A stretch of DNA of 64,000 bases from Eubacteriales bacterium. GTDB lineage: Bacteria; Bacillota; Clostridia; Oscillospirales; CAG-272. Below the pieces are notes generated by a model, which had not been told where the DNA came from, searched no databases, and saw only the letters and a program-made list of their open reading frames with translations. This document shows, piece after piece, positions 35,000 through 44,487 of the stretch. Within the stretch, counting starts at the first letter, position 1. Every line of letters starts with the position of its first letter. The position numbers and the translations under genes were made by a program. Where the stretch lies: contig JAZNXW010000004.1 in assembly GCA_045594085.1 (NCBI GenBank), positions 91,448-155,447 on the forward strand, written 5' to 3'.

Positions 35000-36382
35000 A
35001 TGAAACTTATCTACAATGTTGATGATAAGCCGAAGTTCGGTCAGATCATCGTATTCGCTTTCCAGCAGCTTCTTGCTATCATGGCTGCTACGATCGCTGT
35101 TCCCGCAATCGTCGGTAACGGAATGACCGCTTCCGCGGCTTTGTTCGGCGCAGGCGTAGGTACGCTCGTTTATCAGCTCTTCACGAAGTTCAGAAGCCCC
35201 GTCTTCCTTGGCTCCTCCTTCGCATTCATCGGCTCTATGCTCGCAGCCTTCGCAGGCGGCGTTTCCATGCAGCTCGGATTCCTCGGCCTCATCATCGGCG
35301 CGATCTGTGCAGGTCTCGTTTACGTTATCCTCGCTCTCATCGTAAAGCTTGCAGGCGTTAACTGGATCAATAAGCTTATGCCTCCCGTTGTAATCGGCCC
35401 CACAGTTGCTCTCATCGGTCTTTCCCTTGCAGGCGCTGCTGTTAAGGACGTATTCTCCTACGGTCCCCAGGACGCTAACGGCTCCTTCGTTATGTCCGCA
35501 AACATCTGGGTATCCTTCATCTGCGCTATGGTAACTCTCGTAGTTGTCGTTCTCGTTTCTACGTACAGCACAAAGATGGCCAAGCTCATCCCCTTCATCA
35601 TTGGTATCCTCGCAGGCTACGCAGTAAGCCTCGTATTCACCGTTATCGGTATCGTTGCTGACATCCCCTCTCTCAAAATCATTGATTTCGCACCCTTCCA
35701 GGCTCTCGTAGCCGACGGTGTAACCATCAAGACCTTCCTCGCTATCCCCGAATTCACGTTTATTGAAGCGTTCAAGGGCTTCGGTGAGTTCAACGTGTCC
35801 TACCTCGCTACCGTCGCTGTAGCTTACGTTCCCGTTGCATTTGTTGTATTCGCAGAGCACATCGCTGACCACAAGAACCTTTCCACCATCATCGAAAAGG
35901 ATCTTCTCAAGGATCCCGGCCTTCACAGAACTCTCCTCGGAGACGGCGTAGGCTCCATCGCAGGTGCTTTCTTCGGCGGTTGCCCCAACACCACTTACGG
36001 CGAATCCGTAGGCTGTGTAGCAATCACCAAGAATGCGTCCGTTGTAACCATCACCGCTACCGCAGTTATGGCGATCCTCATCTCCTTCGTTTCCCCCTTC
36101 GTTGCATTCCTTGATTCCATCCCCGGCTGCGTAATGGGCGGCGTTTGCATCACCCTTTACGGATTCATCGCCGTTTCCGGCCTCAAGATGATCCAGAAGG
36201 TAGACCTCGAAAACAACGCAAACCTCTTCACCGCATCCGTAATCCTTATCACAGGTATCGGCGGCATGGCAATGGCTATCGGCAAGGTAACCATCACCGC
36301 TATCGCTTGCGCTATTATCCTCGGCATCATCATCAATATCCTTCTTTCCAAGAAGCAGCCCGAAGAAACAGACGAGCAGTAA
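35000..36382 (+). CDS. pyrP: Uracil permease (NCS2 family)
   Basis: MKLIYNVDDKPKFGQIIVFAFQQLLAIMAATIAVP and about 12-14 TM segments. GGAGGAA RBS upstream of the ATG at 35000. Follows pyrR, as in Bacillus. Confidence 0.9.
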   Translation: MKLIYNVDDKPKFGQIIVFAFQQLLAIMAATIAVPAIVGNGMTASAALFGAGVGTLVYQLFTKFRSPVFLGSSFAFIGSMLAAFAGGVSMQLGFLGLIIGAICAGLVYVILALIVKLAGVNWINKLMPPVVIGPTVALIGLSLAGAAVKDVFSYGPQDANGSFVMSANIWVSFICAMVTLVVVVLVSTYSTKMAKLIPFIIGILAGYAVSLVFTVIGIVADIPSLKIIDFAPFQALVADGVTIKTFLAIPEFTFIEAFKGFGEFNVSYLATVAVAYVPVAFVVFAEHIADHKNLSTIIEKDLLKDPGLHRTLLGDGVGSIAGAFFGGCPNTTYGESVGCVAITKNASVVTITATAVMAILISFVSPFVAFLDSIPGCVMGGVCITLYGFIAVSGLKMIQKVDLENNANLFTASVILITGIGGMAMAIGKVTITAIACAIILGIIINILLSKKQPEETDEQ

Positions 36383-36398
36383 TCGATCACGAATAAAG

Positions 36399-36426
36399 AA
36401 AAAGCACCGAGAAATCGGTGCTTTTT
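36399..36426. terminator. Bidirectional terminator between pyrP and glyQS
   Basis: aaaaagcaccga-gaaa-tcggtgcttttt. The 28-mer is identical to the one at 57161-57190. Confidence 0.8.
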
Positions 36427-36446
36427 CTTTGGGATACGAGATTCGG

Positions 36447-37829
36447 TTAAAATACGAGGTGCTTTTCGATGTAATCCTTGACTTCCGCGATCGGGATGCG
36501 AACCTGCTCCATAGAGTCGCGGTCGCGGACTGTTACGCAACCGTCGGTCTCCGTGTCGAAGTCGTAGGTGATGCAGAACGGAGTTCCGATCTCGTCCTCG
36601 CGGCGATACCGCTTGCCGATCGAGCCGGTTTCGTCGAAATCGACCATGAAGTACTTGGAAAGCTCGTCGCGTACAGCCATCGCGCCCTCGGAGAGCTTCT
36701 TGGAGAGCGGAAGAACTGCAGCCTTGTACGGAGCAACGACGGGGCTGAGATGAAGAACAACGCGGATGTCGTTCTTTTCTGCGTCGATGACCTCTTCGTC
36801 ATATGCTTCGCAAAGGAGTGCGAGCACGGTACGGTCAAGACCGTACGTGGATTCGATGATGTAGGGGATGTATCTTTCGTTTGTGACGGGATCGAGATAG
36901 TCCATCTTCTGTCCGCTGTATTCCTGATGGCGTGTAAGGTCAAAGTCTGTACGGTTGTGAGTGCCGTTGACCTCGCCCCAGCCGAGAGAGGGGAAGAGGA
37001 ACTCGATGTCGCAAGCGGCCTTTGCATAGTGCGCGAGCTTTTCGTGGTCGTGATATCTCAGGTGGTCGGGCGCGATGCCGAGATCCTCGTAATACTTCTT
37101 GCCGTATGCCTTGAAGTATTCGTAAAGCTCGGTGTCGGAGCCTTCCTTGCAGAACGTCTGGAACTCCATCTGCTCAAATTCGATTGTGCGGAAGGTGAAG
37201 TTACCGGGAGTGATCTCGTTACGGAACGCCTTACCGATCTGACCGATGGAGAAGGGGAGCTTTGCGCGCATCGTGCGCTGTACGTTGAGATAGTTGACGT
37301 ATTCGCCCTGAGCGTTCTCGGGACGGAGATAGATGATGGATTTTTTACCTTCGGTAACGCCGCGCTCTGTCTGGAACATCAGATTGAATTCGCGGATGCC
37401 GGTGAAGTTGTGCTTGCCGCAGTGAGGACAGGGAATGGAGTGAGCCTTGATGTACTCAAACATCTCTTCCTTTGTCATTCCGTCAGCGTGAGCGTCGGGA
37501 TCGAAATTGTCGATGAGATTGTCCGCACGGTGGCGCATTTTGCACTCTTTGCAGTCGAGAAGCGGGTCGGAGAAGCTTGCAACGTGGCCGCTTGCTTCCC
37601 ATACGCGGGGATTCATAAGGATGTCGGCGTCGACCTCAAAGCTGTTGTGACGCTCCTGAATGAAGCGCTTTCTCCAGGTGTCCTTGACGTTATTCTTCAG
37701 ACGTGCGCCGAGAGGGCCGTAGTCCCAAGTGTTTGCAAGACCGCCGTAGATCTCACTGCCGGGGAAAATGAAGCCTCTGTTTTTGCACAGAGCTATGATC
37801 TTGTCCATTGTTTTTTCTGTGTTGTTCAT
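36447..37829 (-). CDS. glyQS: Glycine--tRNA ligase (dimeric class II GlyQS)
   Basis: KIIALCKNRGFIFPGSEIYGGLANTWDYGPLG and class II motifs. The ATG at 37829 is preferred because AAAGGAA lies 9 nt upstream. Confidence 0.93.
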   Translation of the reverse strand: MNNTEKTMDKIIALCKNRGFIFPGSEIYGGLANTWDYGPLGARLKNNVKDTWRKRFIQERHNSFEVDADILMNPRVWEASGHVASFSDPLLDCKECKMRHRADNLIDNFDPDAHADGMTKEEMFEYIKAHSIPCPHCGKHNFTGIREFNLMFQTERGVTEGKKSIIYLRPENAQGEYVNYLNVQRTMRAKLPFSIGQIGKAFRNEITPGNFTFRTIEFEQMEFQTFCKEGSDTELYEYFKAYGKKYYEDLGIAPDHLRYHDHEKLAHYAKAACDIEFLFPSLGWGEVNGTHNRTDFDLTRHQEYSGQKMDYLDPVTNERYIPYIIESTYGLDRTVLALLCEAYDEEVIDAEKNDIRVVLHLSPVVAPYKAAVLPLSKKLSEGAMAVRDELSKYFMVDFDETGSIGKRYRREDEIGTPFCITYDFDTETDGCVTVRDRDSMEQVRIPIAEVKDYIEKHLVF

Positions 37830-37857
37830 TGTATGCGTTCCTTTCATATGGAGGGGC

Positions 37858-38940
37858 TTATTTCTTGTTTTCGCGGGTCGCTTCGTTCAGCGCACGGAAT
37901 ATCTCGTATGCGGCGTTTGTGTCTGGGATGAAGCATGCCTCGTCTCCGAGGGTCGAATACGTGCCGGGATATGTGATCGTGGACACGGTGAATTCCTCGT
38001 ATGCGCGGAATATGCCGAGATTATCGGTGAGGTCGGAGACCTTCATGTTTGTCGTTGTGTAGGTGAGGGCGCGCTCAAAGAGATCGGCGGCGTTGGAGAG
38101 ATATTTCTCGCTTGTTGCCTTCTTGAGCGTAGCACGCGCGAGCTCCGAAAGAACCGCTTCGTGCTCACCCGAGGTGATCTTGCTTGTCCTGTAATGAAGA
38201 AGCGCAAACAGATTTGACGAGTTGATCTCTGCGGATCCCGCAGGGATCATTATCTTTGTCGAGCGGTTGTAGCCGGGCATGTCGGGCGCGCGGTCGAGCT
38301 TGTAATAGGGATTGTAGATGTCGGTGGGGACGTTGACTGTTACGCCGTCGATAAGATTGAGGATCTTACCTGCCTCAGTGATGTTTGCGGCGATGTAGTA
38401 ATCGATGGGAGTAGCCGTCAGATAATTGACGAAGCTGACTATCGTTTCAACGCCGTATTTGTCATAAACGGAGTTCAGAAGCCTGTAATCTCCGTTGACG
38501 GAGACTCGCGTTGCCGCGGGGATGCAGGTGAAGGTGATGGTGCGTGTTTCCTCGCTGACGGAAATAAGCATCATAAGGTCGGCGTTTCTCGTTCTGATGG
38601 GAGTGGTGAGAAGGCCGAGAGTGGCGGGAGACTTCTTGATGTCCTCAATGTAGTCGTCGAAGTAATCGGGACGGTAATCGGTGCCGATGAGGAGAATGTT
38701 GAAGGACTCGCCCTGCAGATCGGGGTAATCGTATGTGGGATCGTCGGGCAGGAAGGTGTCGGCGGTCGAATCCTCGGGCTCGTCTCCGACGTCGACGGAA
38801 TCGCCCGTCGTTTCCTCGGGAGATTCAGCGATGCCGATGATGTTTTCCGCGATGAAATCCGTGATGAAATATGCAATTGTGCCGAAGACGAGGGCGGCTA
38901 TAAGGAAGCCCACGACAAAATTTCTGACAGCAGCAAGCAT
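37858..38940 (-). CDS. LytR-CpsA-Psr (LCP) family cell-envelope phosphotransferase
   Basis: N-terminal TM anchor, acidic linker and an LCP core (FNILLIGTDYR...ADLMMLISV). Confidence 0.85.
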   Translation of the reverse strand: MLAAVRNFVVGFLIAALVFGTIAYFITDFIAENIIGIAESPEETTGDSVDVGDEPEDSTADTFLPDDPTYDYPDLQGESFNILLIGTDYRPDYFDDYIEDIKKSPATLGLLTTPIRTRNADLMMLISVSEETRTITFTCIPAATRVSVNGDYRLLNSVYDKYGVETIVSFVNYLTATPIDYYIAANITEAGKILNLIDGVTVNVPTDIYNPYYKLDRAPDMPGYNRSTKIMIPAGSAEINSSNLFALLHYRTSKITSGEHEAVLSELARATLKKATSEKYLSNAADLFERALTYTTTNMKVSDLTDNLGIFRAYEEFTVSTITYPGTYSTLGDEACFIPDTNAAYEIFRALNEATRENKK

Positions 38941-38993
38941 TTCTTGTATCCTTTCTTGGAAAAAAGCGCGGCAATACCGCGTATAACCATACT

Positions 38994-39022
38994 ATTATAA
39001 CTCATACCGGACAAACTTGCAA
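38994..39022 (-). promoter_or_regulatory. Candidate sigma-A promoter for the LCP gene
   Basis: On the minus strand, TTGCAA (39017-39022), a 17-nt spacer, then TATAAT (38994-38999). The -35 element lies in one arm of the 8-bp hairpin at 39015-39038. Confidence 0.55.
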
Positions 39023-39050
39023 GGACTTTTTTGCAAGTGTCGGGTTTTGG

Positions 39051-39926
39051 TCAGGCGAGTCTGTCGGAAAGCTCCGCAAATTGAGCGACGGAGAGCGCTT
39101 CGCCGCGCACGCGGGGATCGAGCCCCATTTCTTCGAGCGCCGAAAGTAGCTTTTCCTTGTCAAGACCGGGCACGCCCGCGGACAGCGCGTTCGGGAGTGT
39201 TTTTCTGCGCTGACCGAATGCGGCGGCGATGAGACGGAACATCAGCTTTTCATTTTTCGGCTTGAGCGGACGGTCCTCTGCCGGATAGATGTCGATCTTG
39301 ATGACGGTGGATGATACCTTCGGTGCGGGCAGGAAGCTTCCGGGAGAGACGGAAAAGAGCTTCTTTGCCTGTCCGTAGTATGCGACTGCGGCAGTGATCG
39401 CGCCGTATTCGGCGCTTCCCGCCTTCGATACGAGCCTGTCCGCAACTTCCGTCTGAATCATTACGGTGACGGAGCGAAGACGGGGACATCCGCATTCAAG
39501 CAGCTTCATTATGATGGGTGTCGTGATATAATAGGGCAGATTTGCGCATACGGCGAAATCGCGTTCGCCGAACTGCTCGCGAGTGAGCGCGTCGATGTCA
39601 ACGTCCATAATGTCGGAGTTGATGACGGTTGCGTTTTCTTTGTCGGCAAGCGTTTTGCCGAGTACGGGGATCAGATCGCGGTCGATCTCTACGGCGGTGA
39701 CGGCGTCGAAGAGCTCTGCGAGCTCACGAGTCATCGTTCCGATGCCGGGACCGATCTCGAGCACGCAGGGCACGCGAGTTTCGGCGGAAGCCTCCGCTAT
39801 CCGCTTCGGGATCGCGTCGTTTATGAGAAAGTTCTGTCCGTACCTCTTCTGCGGCGCGATGGAAAACTCGTCCATCAGCTCGCGGACGTAGCGCGGCGAG
39901 CAAAGATTTATCGTTTGATCGTTCAT
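39051..39926 (-). CDS. rsmA: 16S rRNA (adenine1518/1519-N6)-dimethyltransferase RsmA/KsgA
   Basis: KRYGQNFL, SAM motif VLEIGPGIGTMT and NLPYYITTPI. Confidence 0.92.
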   Translation of the reverse strand: MNDQTINLCSPRYVRELMDEFSIAPQKRYGQNFLINDAIPKRIAEASAETRVPCVLEIGPGIGTMTRELAELFDAVTAVEIDRDLIPVLGKTLADKENATVINSDIMDVDIDALTREQFGERDFAVCANLPYYITTPIIMKLLECGCPRLRSVTVMIQTEVADRLVSKAGSAEYGAITAAVAYYGQAKKLFSVSPGSFLPAPKVSSTVIKIDIYPAEDRPLKPKNEKLMFRLIAAAFGQRRKTLPNALSAGVPGLDKEKLLSALEEMGLDPRVRGEALSVAQFAELSDRLA

Positions 39927-41227
39927 TGTTTTTCTCCGTTGGGGAAATAGTCGCGGTAGTTTTTGTCTTGGTCAAGTAAACGGGAGATGGCAGCGAGCCT
40001 CGGCTCCACTGCGATCAGCTCGGCAACAGCGCCCGCGAAGATGAGCGCGCCGCGCCTCTGAAGATGCGTGGAGTCTGTGCTTCCGTTTTTGTATGCACCC
40101 GAGTAAACGTCGGGAGACGTCCAGAGGAAGAGGGCTTTTGTGCCCTCGCCGCCGATCTCGGTGCAGATCTCGTGGCTTCTTTTACCTAAATCGAGCAGGA
40201 CCGCGGATTCTTCTGCCGCAAGCTCGAGCATGGCTTCTCTGTGCTCGGGGAATGAGAGGGTGAAGGCGTCGTTTGCTTCGTCGTAGTTGCGTCGCATAAC
40301 GGGCGTGACGAGCACGGGCACGGCTCCGCGCGCGCGCACCGCACGGATGTAGAGCCGCAGACATTCCTTGTATTCGGGAATCGCGACGTAACGGTTCGGA
40401 CGTGCCTTTGTCGAATCATTGTGACCGAACTGTATCAGTACGGTGTCGCCCGTTTTTACGCGAAGGAGCATTTCCGTGCATTTTCCTTCGAGATAAAATG
40501 AAAGCGAGCTTCTGCCGCCGATAGAGCGGTTTTCGATGACCACCTCGGGCAGCTCGTAGGCGCGGCAGTGCGAGTAGGAGCTGCCCTCGGGCTTGTATTC
40601 ACTGACAAAATCGGGATCTTTGAAGTATTTGTAAAGCACCTCGCCCCAGCCTGTCTGCGGATAGTAATAAGGGTCGTAGGTCTGTACGGTCGAGTCGGAA
40701 ACGAGAAAAACGGTGGGCTTTACGGCAGCCTCTCGCATCGGAAGAGATTCCGTTTCGATCGAAAGCAGGATCAGCTCGCGCCATTCGGCGGATTCGCGAT
40801 CCGCTACCGATTCGTCAGGAACGTAAAACACGATCCTTGACGTTTCGTAAACCGATGCGGCGGTGAAGGAAAGCTCCGTCTCCGATTCGGGCGCGAGAAC
40901 GGCACCGAACAGAGTCGGGACGTCGTTTATGAGCGCACGAACGGGGATCTCCGCGTTTGTCGGATTGTAAAAACGAGCTTTTACGGAAAAATCGGTCAGC
41001 CCCGATGAAAATGAAAGCTCCGGCGCTTCAACGTAGTCGTATACGCCCCATCCGGTCTCCTCCTTCTCGCGCCAATGACGGCACGAAAGGCAGATACCGC
41101 CTCCGTCTGCAGGGATCACGTCCGCACGCGCGCGCTCGGAAACGCGCTTGTGATAAACGCCGTCGATCCAGCCGTCGGCGGGGGTGGGATAACGGACGGA
41201 AGATATGGAAAAGCCGCAGAAATTCAC
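39923..41227 (-). CDS. SGNH/GDSL hydrolase (rhamnogalacturonan acetylesterase-like) with an N-terminal extra domain
   Basis: The C-terminal half has a GDS-like block (FLVSDSTVQTY), GWG, and a late DSTHL (Asp/His of the triad). GTG start at 41227 with a GGAGGTG RBS. 4-nt overlap with rsmA. Confidence 0.75.
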   Translation of the reverse strand: MNFCGFSISSVRYPTPADGWIDGVYHKRVSERARADVIPADGGGICLSCRHWREKEETGWGVYDYVEAPELSFSSGLTDFSVKARFYNPTNAEIPVRALINDVPTLFGAVLAPESETELSFTAASVYETSRIVFYVPDESVADRESAEWRELILLSIETESLPMREAAVKPTVFLVSDSTVQTYDPYYYPQTGWGEVLYKYFKDPDFVSEYKPEGSSYSHCRAYELPEVVIENRSIGGRSSLSFYLEGKCTEMLLRVKTGDTVLIQFGHNDSTKARPNRYVAIPEYKECLRLYIRAVRARGAVPVLVTPVMRRNYDEANDAFTLSFPEHREAMLELAAEESAVLLDLGKRSHEICTEIGGEGTKALFLWTSPDVYSGAYKNGSTDSTHLQRRGALIFAGAVAELIAVEPRLAAISRLLDQDKNYRDYFPNGEKQ

Positions 41228-41309
41228 GGTACACCTCCGAATCGAATACTTTTTTCAAGTGTACCATAAATCCGCACGTTTTACAATCCGAAAATGCGGA
41301 TAAGGGCGG

Positions 41310-42197
41310 TCAATTTCCCGAAAAGATCGCCAAAAGCTCGTTCACGTCCCCGTCGGGGAGTGGAGAAAGCGGCAGGCGAAGCCTGTTTTCGCAAAATCCG
41401 AGCGCGGACATAAGCGCCTTGATCGGTATCGGGTTCGACGCGCGAAAGAGCGCGTCCGTGATGCGGTACAGACGGCGCGCGATCGCACGCGCAGAGTCGA
41501 GGTCGCCGTTGAAAACGGCGTGACACATCGACGCGGCCTCGGAAGGGAAAGCGTTTGATACGACGGAGATCACGCCGTCCGCTCCGAGCGCAAGCATGGG
41601 CAGATTCAGTGAATCCGTGCCCGAATAAACGGCGAGACCGCCGTCAAGCTCGTTTATGCAGAACTCGGCAAGAGACAGCGTGCCCGAGGCTTCCTTGATT
41701 GCGGAAACGTTACCGTGACGTGCGAGCCGCCGGCAGAGCGCGTGGGTCAGCGCCGATCCTGTTCGCGACGGGACGTTGTAGGCAATCACAGGCACCGCCG
41801 ACGCATCCGCGACGGAGGCGAAATGTGCGTAAAGTCCGTCTTCGGGCGGACGCGAATAGTAGGGAGTCACTGTCATAACGGCATCTGCGCCGAGACGCGA
41901 GGCGTCTCGCGCGGCGACGACGGAGCTTTCCGTGTCAGCACAGCCCGCGCCCGCGATTACGGGCACTCTGCCGCCCGTTTTTTCAACCGCAAACGAGATG
42001 ACGGCCTCCGTCTCCGTCTTGGTCAGCGTGGGAGATTCACCCGTCGTGCCGCAAACGACGAGCGCATCTATGCCCGACGTGATCTGAAACTCGATCAGAC
42101 GAGCGAGTGCGTCAAAGTCGATGCCCGTCTCGGAAAAAGGGGTTATAAGTGCTGTTGCGGCGCCGCGAAAGGGAGTTTTTTTATCGTTTTTCATCAT
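41310..42197 (-). CDS. dapA: 4-hydroxy-tetrahydrodipicolinate synthase
   Basis: GAATALITPF...VVCGTTGESPTL...YNVPSRTG, with the catalytic Lys context (AIKEASG). Confidence 0.9.
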   Translation of the reverse strand: MMKNDKKTPFRGAATALITPFSETGIDFDALARLIEFQITSGIDALVVCGTTGESPTLTKTETEAVISFAVEKTGGRVPVIAGAGCADTESSVVAARDASRLGADAVMTVTPYYSRPPEDGLYAHFASVADASAVPVIAYNVPSRTGSALTHALCRRLARHGNVSAIKEASGTLSLAEFCINELDGGLAVYSGTDSLNLPMLALGADGVISVVSNAFPSEAASMCHAVFNGDLDSARAIARRLYRITDALFRASNPIPIKALMSALGFCENRLRLPLSPLPDGDVNELLAIFSGN

Positions 42198-42224
42198 TTA
42201 CCTTTGCCATGTGGGCGAAAAACA

Positions 42225-42253
42225 TTGAAATCGGAGCGCAAATATATTATAAT
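42225..42253 (+). promoter_or_regulatory. Candidate sigma-A promoter for queA
   Basis: TTGAAA (42225-42230), a 17-nt spacer, then TATAAT (42248-42253). Confidence 0.55.
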
Positions 42254-42348
42254 ATATTGATACGCAGAATGACGGGCGCGAAAACGCCCTCATCAACAGT
42301 AATATGCCCGATGATTCGGCGGTGCCACACCGCCCCGAGAGGTTTTCG

Positions 42349-43431
42349 ATGATTATCAGGAACTCGCTCCCCGAAACGGAGCTTAAAACGAGTGATTTTT
42401 ATTACGATCTGCCCGAAGATCAGATCGCACAGACTCCCATATATCCGCGCGACGCGTCCCGTCTGCTCCGACTCGGCAAGGAAACGGGCGAGGTCTCGCA
42501 TCATATCTTCCGTGACATAGAGGAGATGCTCGAGCCGGGGGATACGCTTGTTATAAACGATTCGAAGGTCATCCCCGCACGACTTTACGGCAACAAGATC
42601 GGTGACGGCGGACAGCTCGGCGGTGATGTGGAGCTTCTGCTCCTGCGCAGACGCGCCGAAACGGAGTGGGAGTGCCTTGTCAAGCCGGGCAAACGCGCAA
42701 GACCGGGACACAGACTCAGCTTCGGCGGCGGAATACTTACCGCGGAGGTGGGAGAGATCGTGGACGACGGCTGCCGCGTTGTGAAATTTTCCTTTGACAG
42801 CGAAAAATACACGGACGTGCTGGCTGTGCTCGACGAGATCGGAGTGATGCCGCTCCCTCCGTACATAACGGCGAAGCTCGAGGACAAGTCAAGATATCAG
42901 ACAGTTTACGCCCGCGATGCGGGCTCTGCGGCGGCACCGACGGCGGGACTTCACTTCACTCCCGAGCTGATGGCGAGACTTGAGGCGAAGGGCGTCAAAT
43001 TTGCAAGAGTTCAGCTTCATGTCGGACTTGGAACCTTCCGTCCCGTTAAGGAAGAAAACATCACGGATCACGTTATGCATACGGAATATATCACCGTCAC
43101 GCCCGAGACGGCGGAGCTTATCAACTCGCGCCGCAAGGCGGGAGGCAGAGTCATAGCCGTGGGCACGACCTCATGCCGCACGCTTGAGTCCGTGGCGGAC
43201 GAAAACGGCAATATCGTGCCCATGTCGGCAGATACGGGCATCTTCATCTATCCCGGATATAAATTCCGCGCCATCGACGGACTTGTGACGAATTTTCACT
43301 TGCCCGAATCGACGCTGATAATGCTCGTTTCCGCACTTGCGGGTAAGGAAAACGTGATGTCGGCGTATGAGATCGCGGTAAAGGAAGGGTACAGATTCTT
43401 CTCCTTCGGAGACGCGATGCTGATAGTATAA
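42349..43431 (+). CDS. queA: S-adenosylmethionine:tRNA ribosyltransferase-isomerase QueA
   Basis: [29 protein letters not shown]...[10 protein letters not shown]...[10 protein letters not shown]. The first in-frame ATG compatible with the conserved N-terminus is at 42349. Confidence 0.92.
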   Translation: MIIRNSLPETELKTSDFYYDLPEDQIAQTPIYPRDASRLLRLGKETGEVSHHIFRDIEEMLEPGDTLVINDSKVIPARLYGNKIGDGGQLGGDVELLLLRRRAETEWECLVKPGKRARPGHRLSFGGGILTAEVGEIVDDGCRVVKFSFDSEKYTDVLAVLDEIGVMPLPPYITAKLEDKSRYQTVYARDAGSAAAPTAGLHFTPELMARLEAKGVKFARVQLHVGLGTFRPVKEENITDHVMHTEYITVTPETAELINSRRKAGGRVIAVGTTSCRTLESVADENGNIVPMSADTGIFIYPGYKFRAIDGLVTNFHLPESTLIMLVSALAGKENVMSAYEIAVKEGYRFFSFGDAMLIV

Positions 43432-43519
43432 AAACTGTTCTGTCGGCAAAGGAGAAAAAGCGATCGCGAACTTTGTCCAACCACCACGCCCTCGCAGAGG
43501 GCTGTCAGGAGGAACCGTA

Positions 43520-44485
43520 TTGAAAAACATAACCGTAGCGGTGTGCGGCGCAACGGCAACGGGCAAGACAAGCCTTGCTCTGATGCTCGCCGAACGGAAC
43601 GGAGGCGAGATCATCTCGTCCGATTCGATGCAGCTCTACCGCGGAATGGATATAGGCACCGCAAAGCCGGCGGAAGACGAGCTTTTGCGGGTGCCGCATC
43701 ATATGATAGACGTGCTTGATCCGGACGAGAGCTGCTCTGTTGCGGATTATGCCGCACTCGCGGCGAAAGCGGAAGCGGATATCCTCGAAAGAGGCAGGCT
43801 TCCCGTCTACTGCGGTGGCACGGGACTTTATCTCGACGCCGTGATGTACAAAAACAAATTCAGCGCGGCAGCGGATCCGAAGGCGGAGCGCGAAGCCGCA
43901 GCAAAGGCGGAGGCGTATCTTTCCGAAAACGGCGCCGACGCGCTTCACGCGCTTTTGCGCGCCGCAGATCCCGAAGCGGCGGATGCGATCCATCCCAACA
44001 ACGTCAGACGTGTCATCCGCGCACTTGTCATATACGAAACAACCGGTAAAACAAAGACGGAGTGGGACGCCGCCTCGCGCGGCGAGATCCGCGGCGACGT
44101 TGCCGTTGTCGGTCTGCGATTCCGCGACAGAGAGCTTCACAGACGCGCCATAGGCGAAAGATGCGGAAAAATGATCGAGAACGGTCTTGTCGAGGAAACG
44201 GAACGCCTTTATAAGCTCGGTGCGCTCGACGAGGGCAAAACCGCGGCGCAGGCGATCGGATATAAGGAGATCCTTCCGTTCATCCGAGGCGATGAATCGC
44301 TCTCGGATGCGGAAAAAAGGCTGTTTTATGCGACCTGCCGCTACGCAAAGCGTCAGGCAACGTGGTTTTATGCAAGGGATTACGTCAACTGGATCGAGGT
44401 TGACGGTCTTTACCTCGGATATGAATCAAAAGAGGAGATATACAGCCGTGCTTTGGCTGTGATAAACGAAAAAAGAGGAGGTTGA
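43520..44485 (+). CDS. miaA: tRNA dimethylallyltransferase MiaA
   Basis: P-loop GATATGKTSLA and SSDSMQLYRGMDIGTAKP. TTG start with a GGAGGA RBS. Confidence 0.92.
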   Translation: MKNITVAVCGATATGKTSLALMLAERNGGEIISSDSMQLYRGMDIGTAKPAEDELLRVPHHMIDVLDPDESCSVADYAALAAKAEADILERGRLPVYCGGTGLYLDAVMYKNKFSAAADPKAEREAAAKAEAYLSENGADALHALLRAADPEAADAIHPNNVRRVIRALVIYETTGKTKTEWDAASRGEIRGDVAVVGLRFRDRELHRRAIGERCGKMIENGLVEETERLYKLGALDEGKTAAQAIGYKEILPFIRGDESLSDAEKRLFYATCRYAKRQATWFYARDYVNWIEVDGLYLGYESKEEIYSRALAVINEKRGG

Positions 44486-44487
44486 CG

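Noticed and set aside
42254-42348. A possible preQ1-type riboswitch in the queA leader. Hairpins are gggcg-cgaaaa-cgccc and ggcggtg-cca-caccgcc.
   Set aside because: The leader lacks the conserved preQ1-I/II loop and A-rich tail sequences as I recall them. queA is not a typical preQ1-regulated gene. Only generic hairpins are present.
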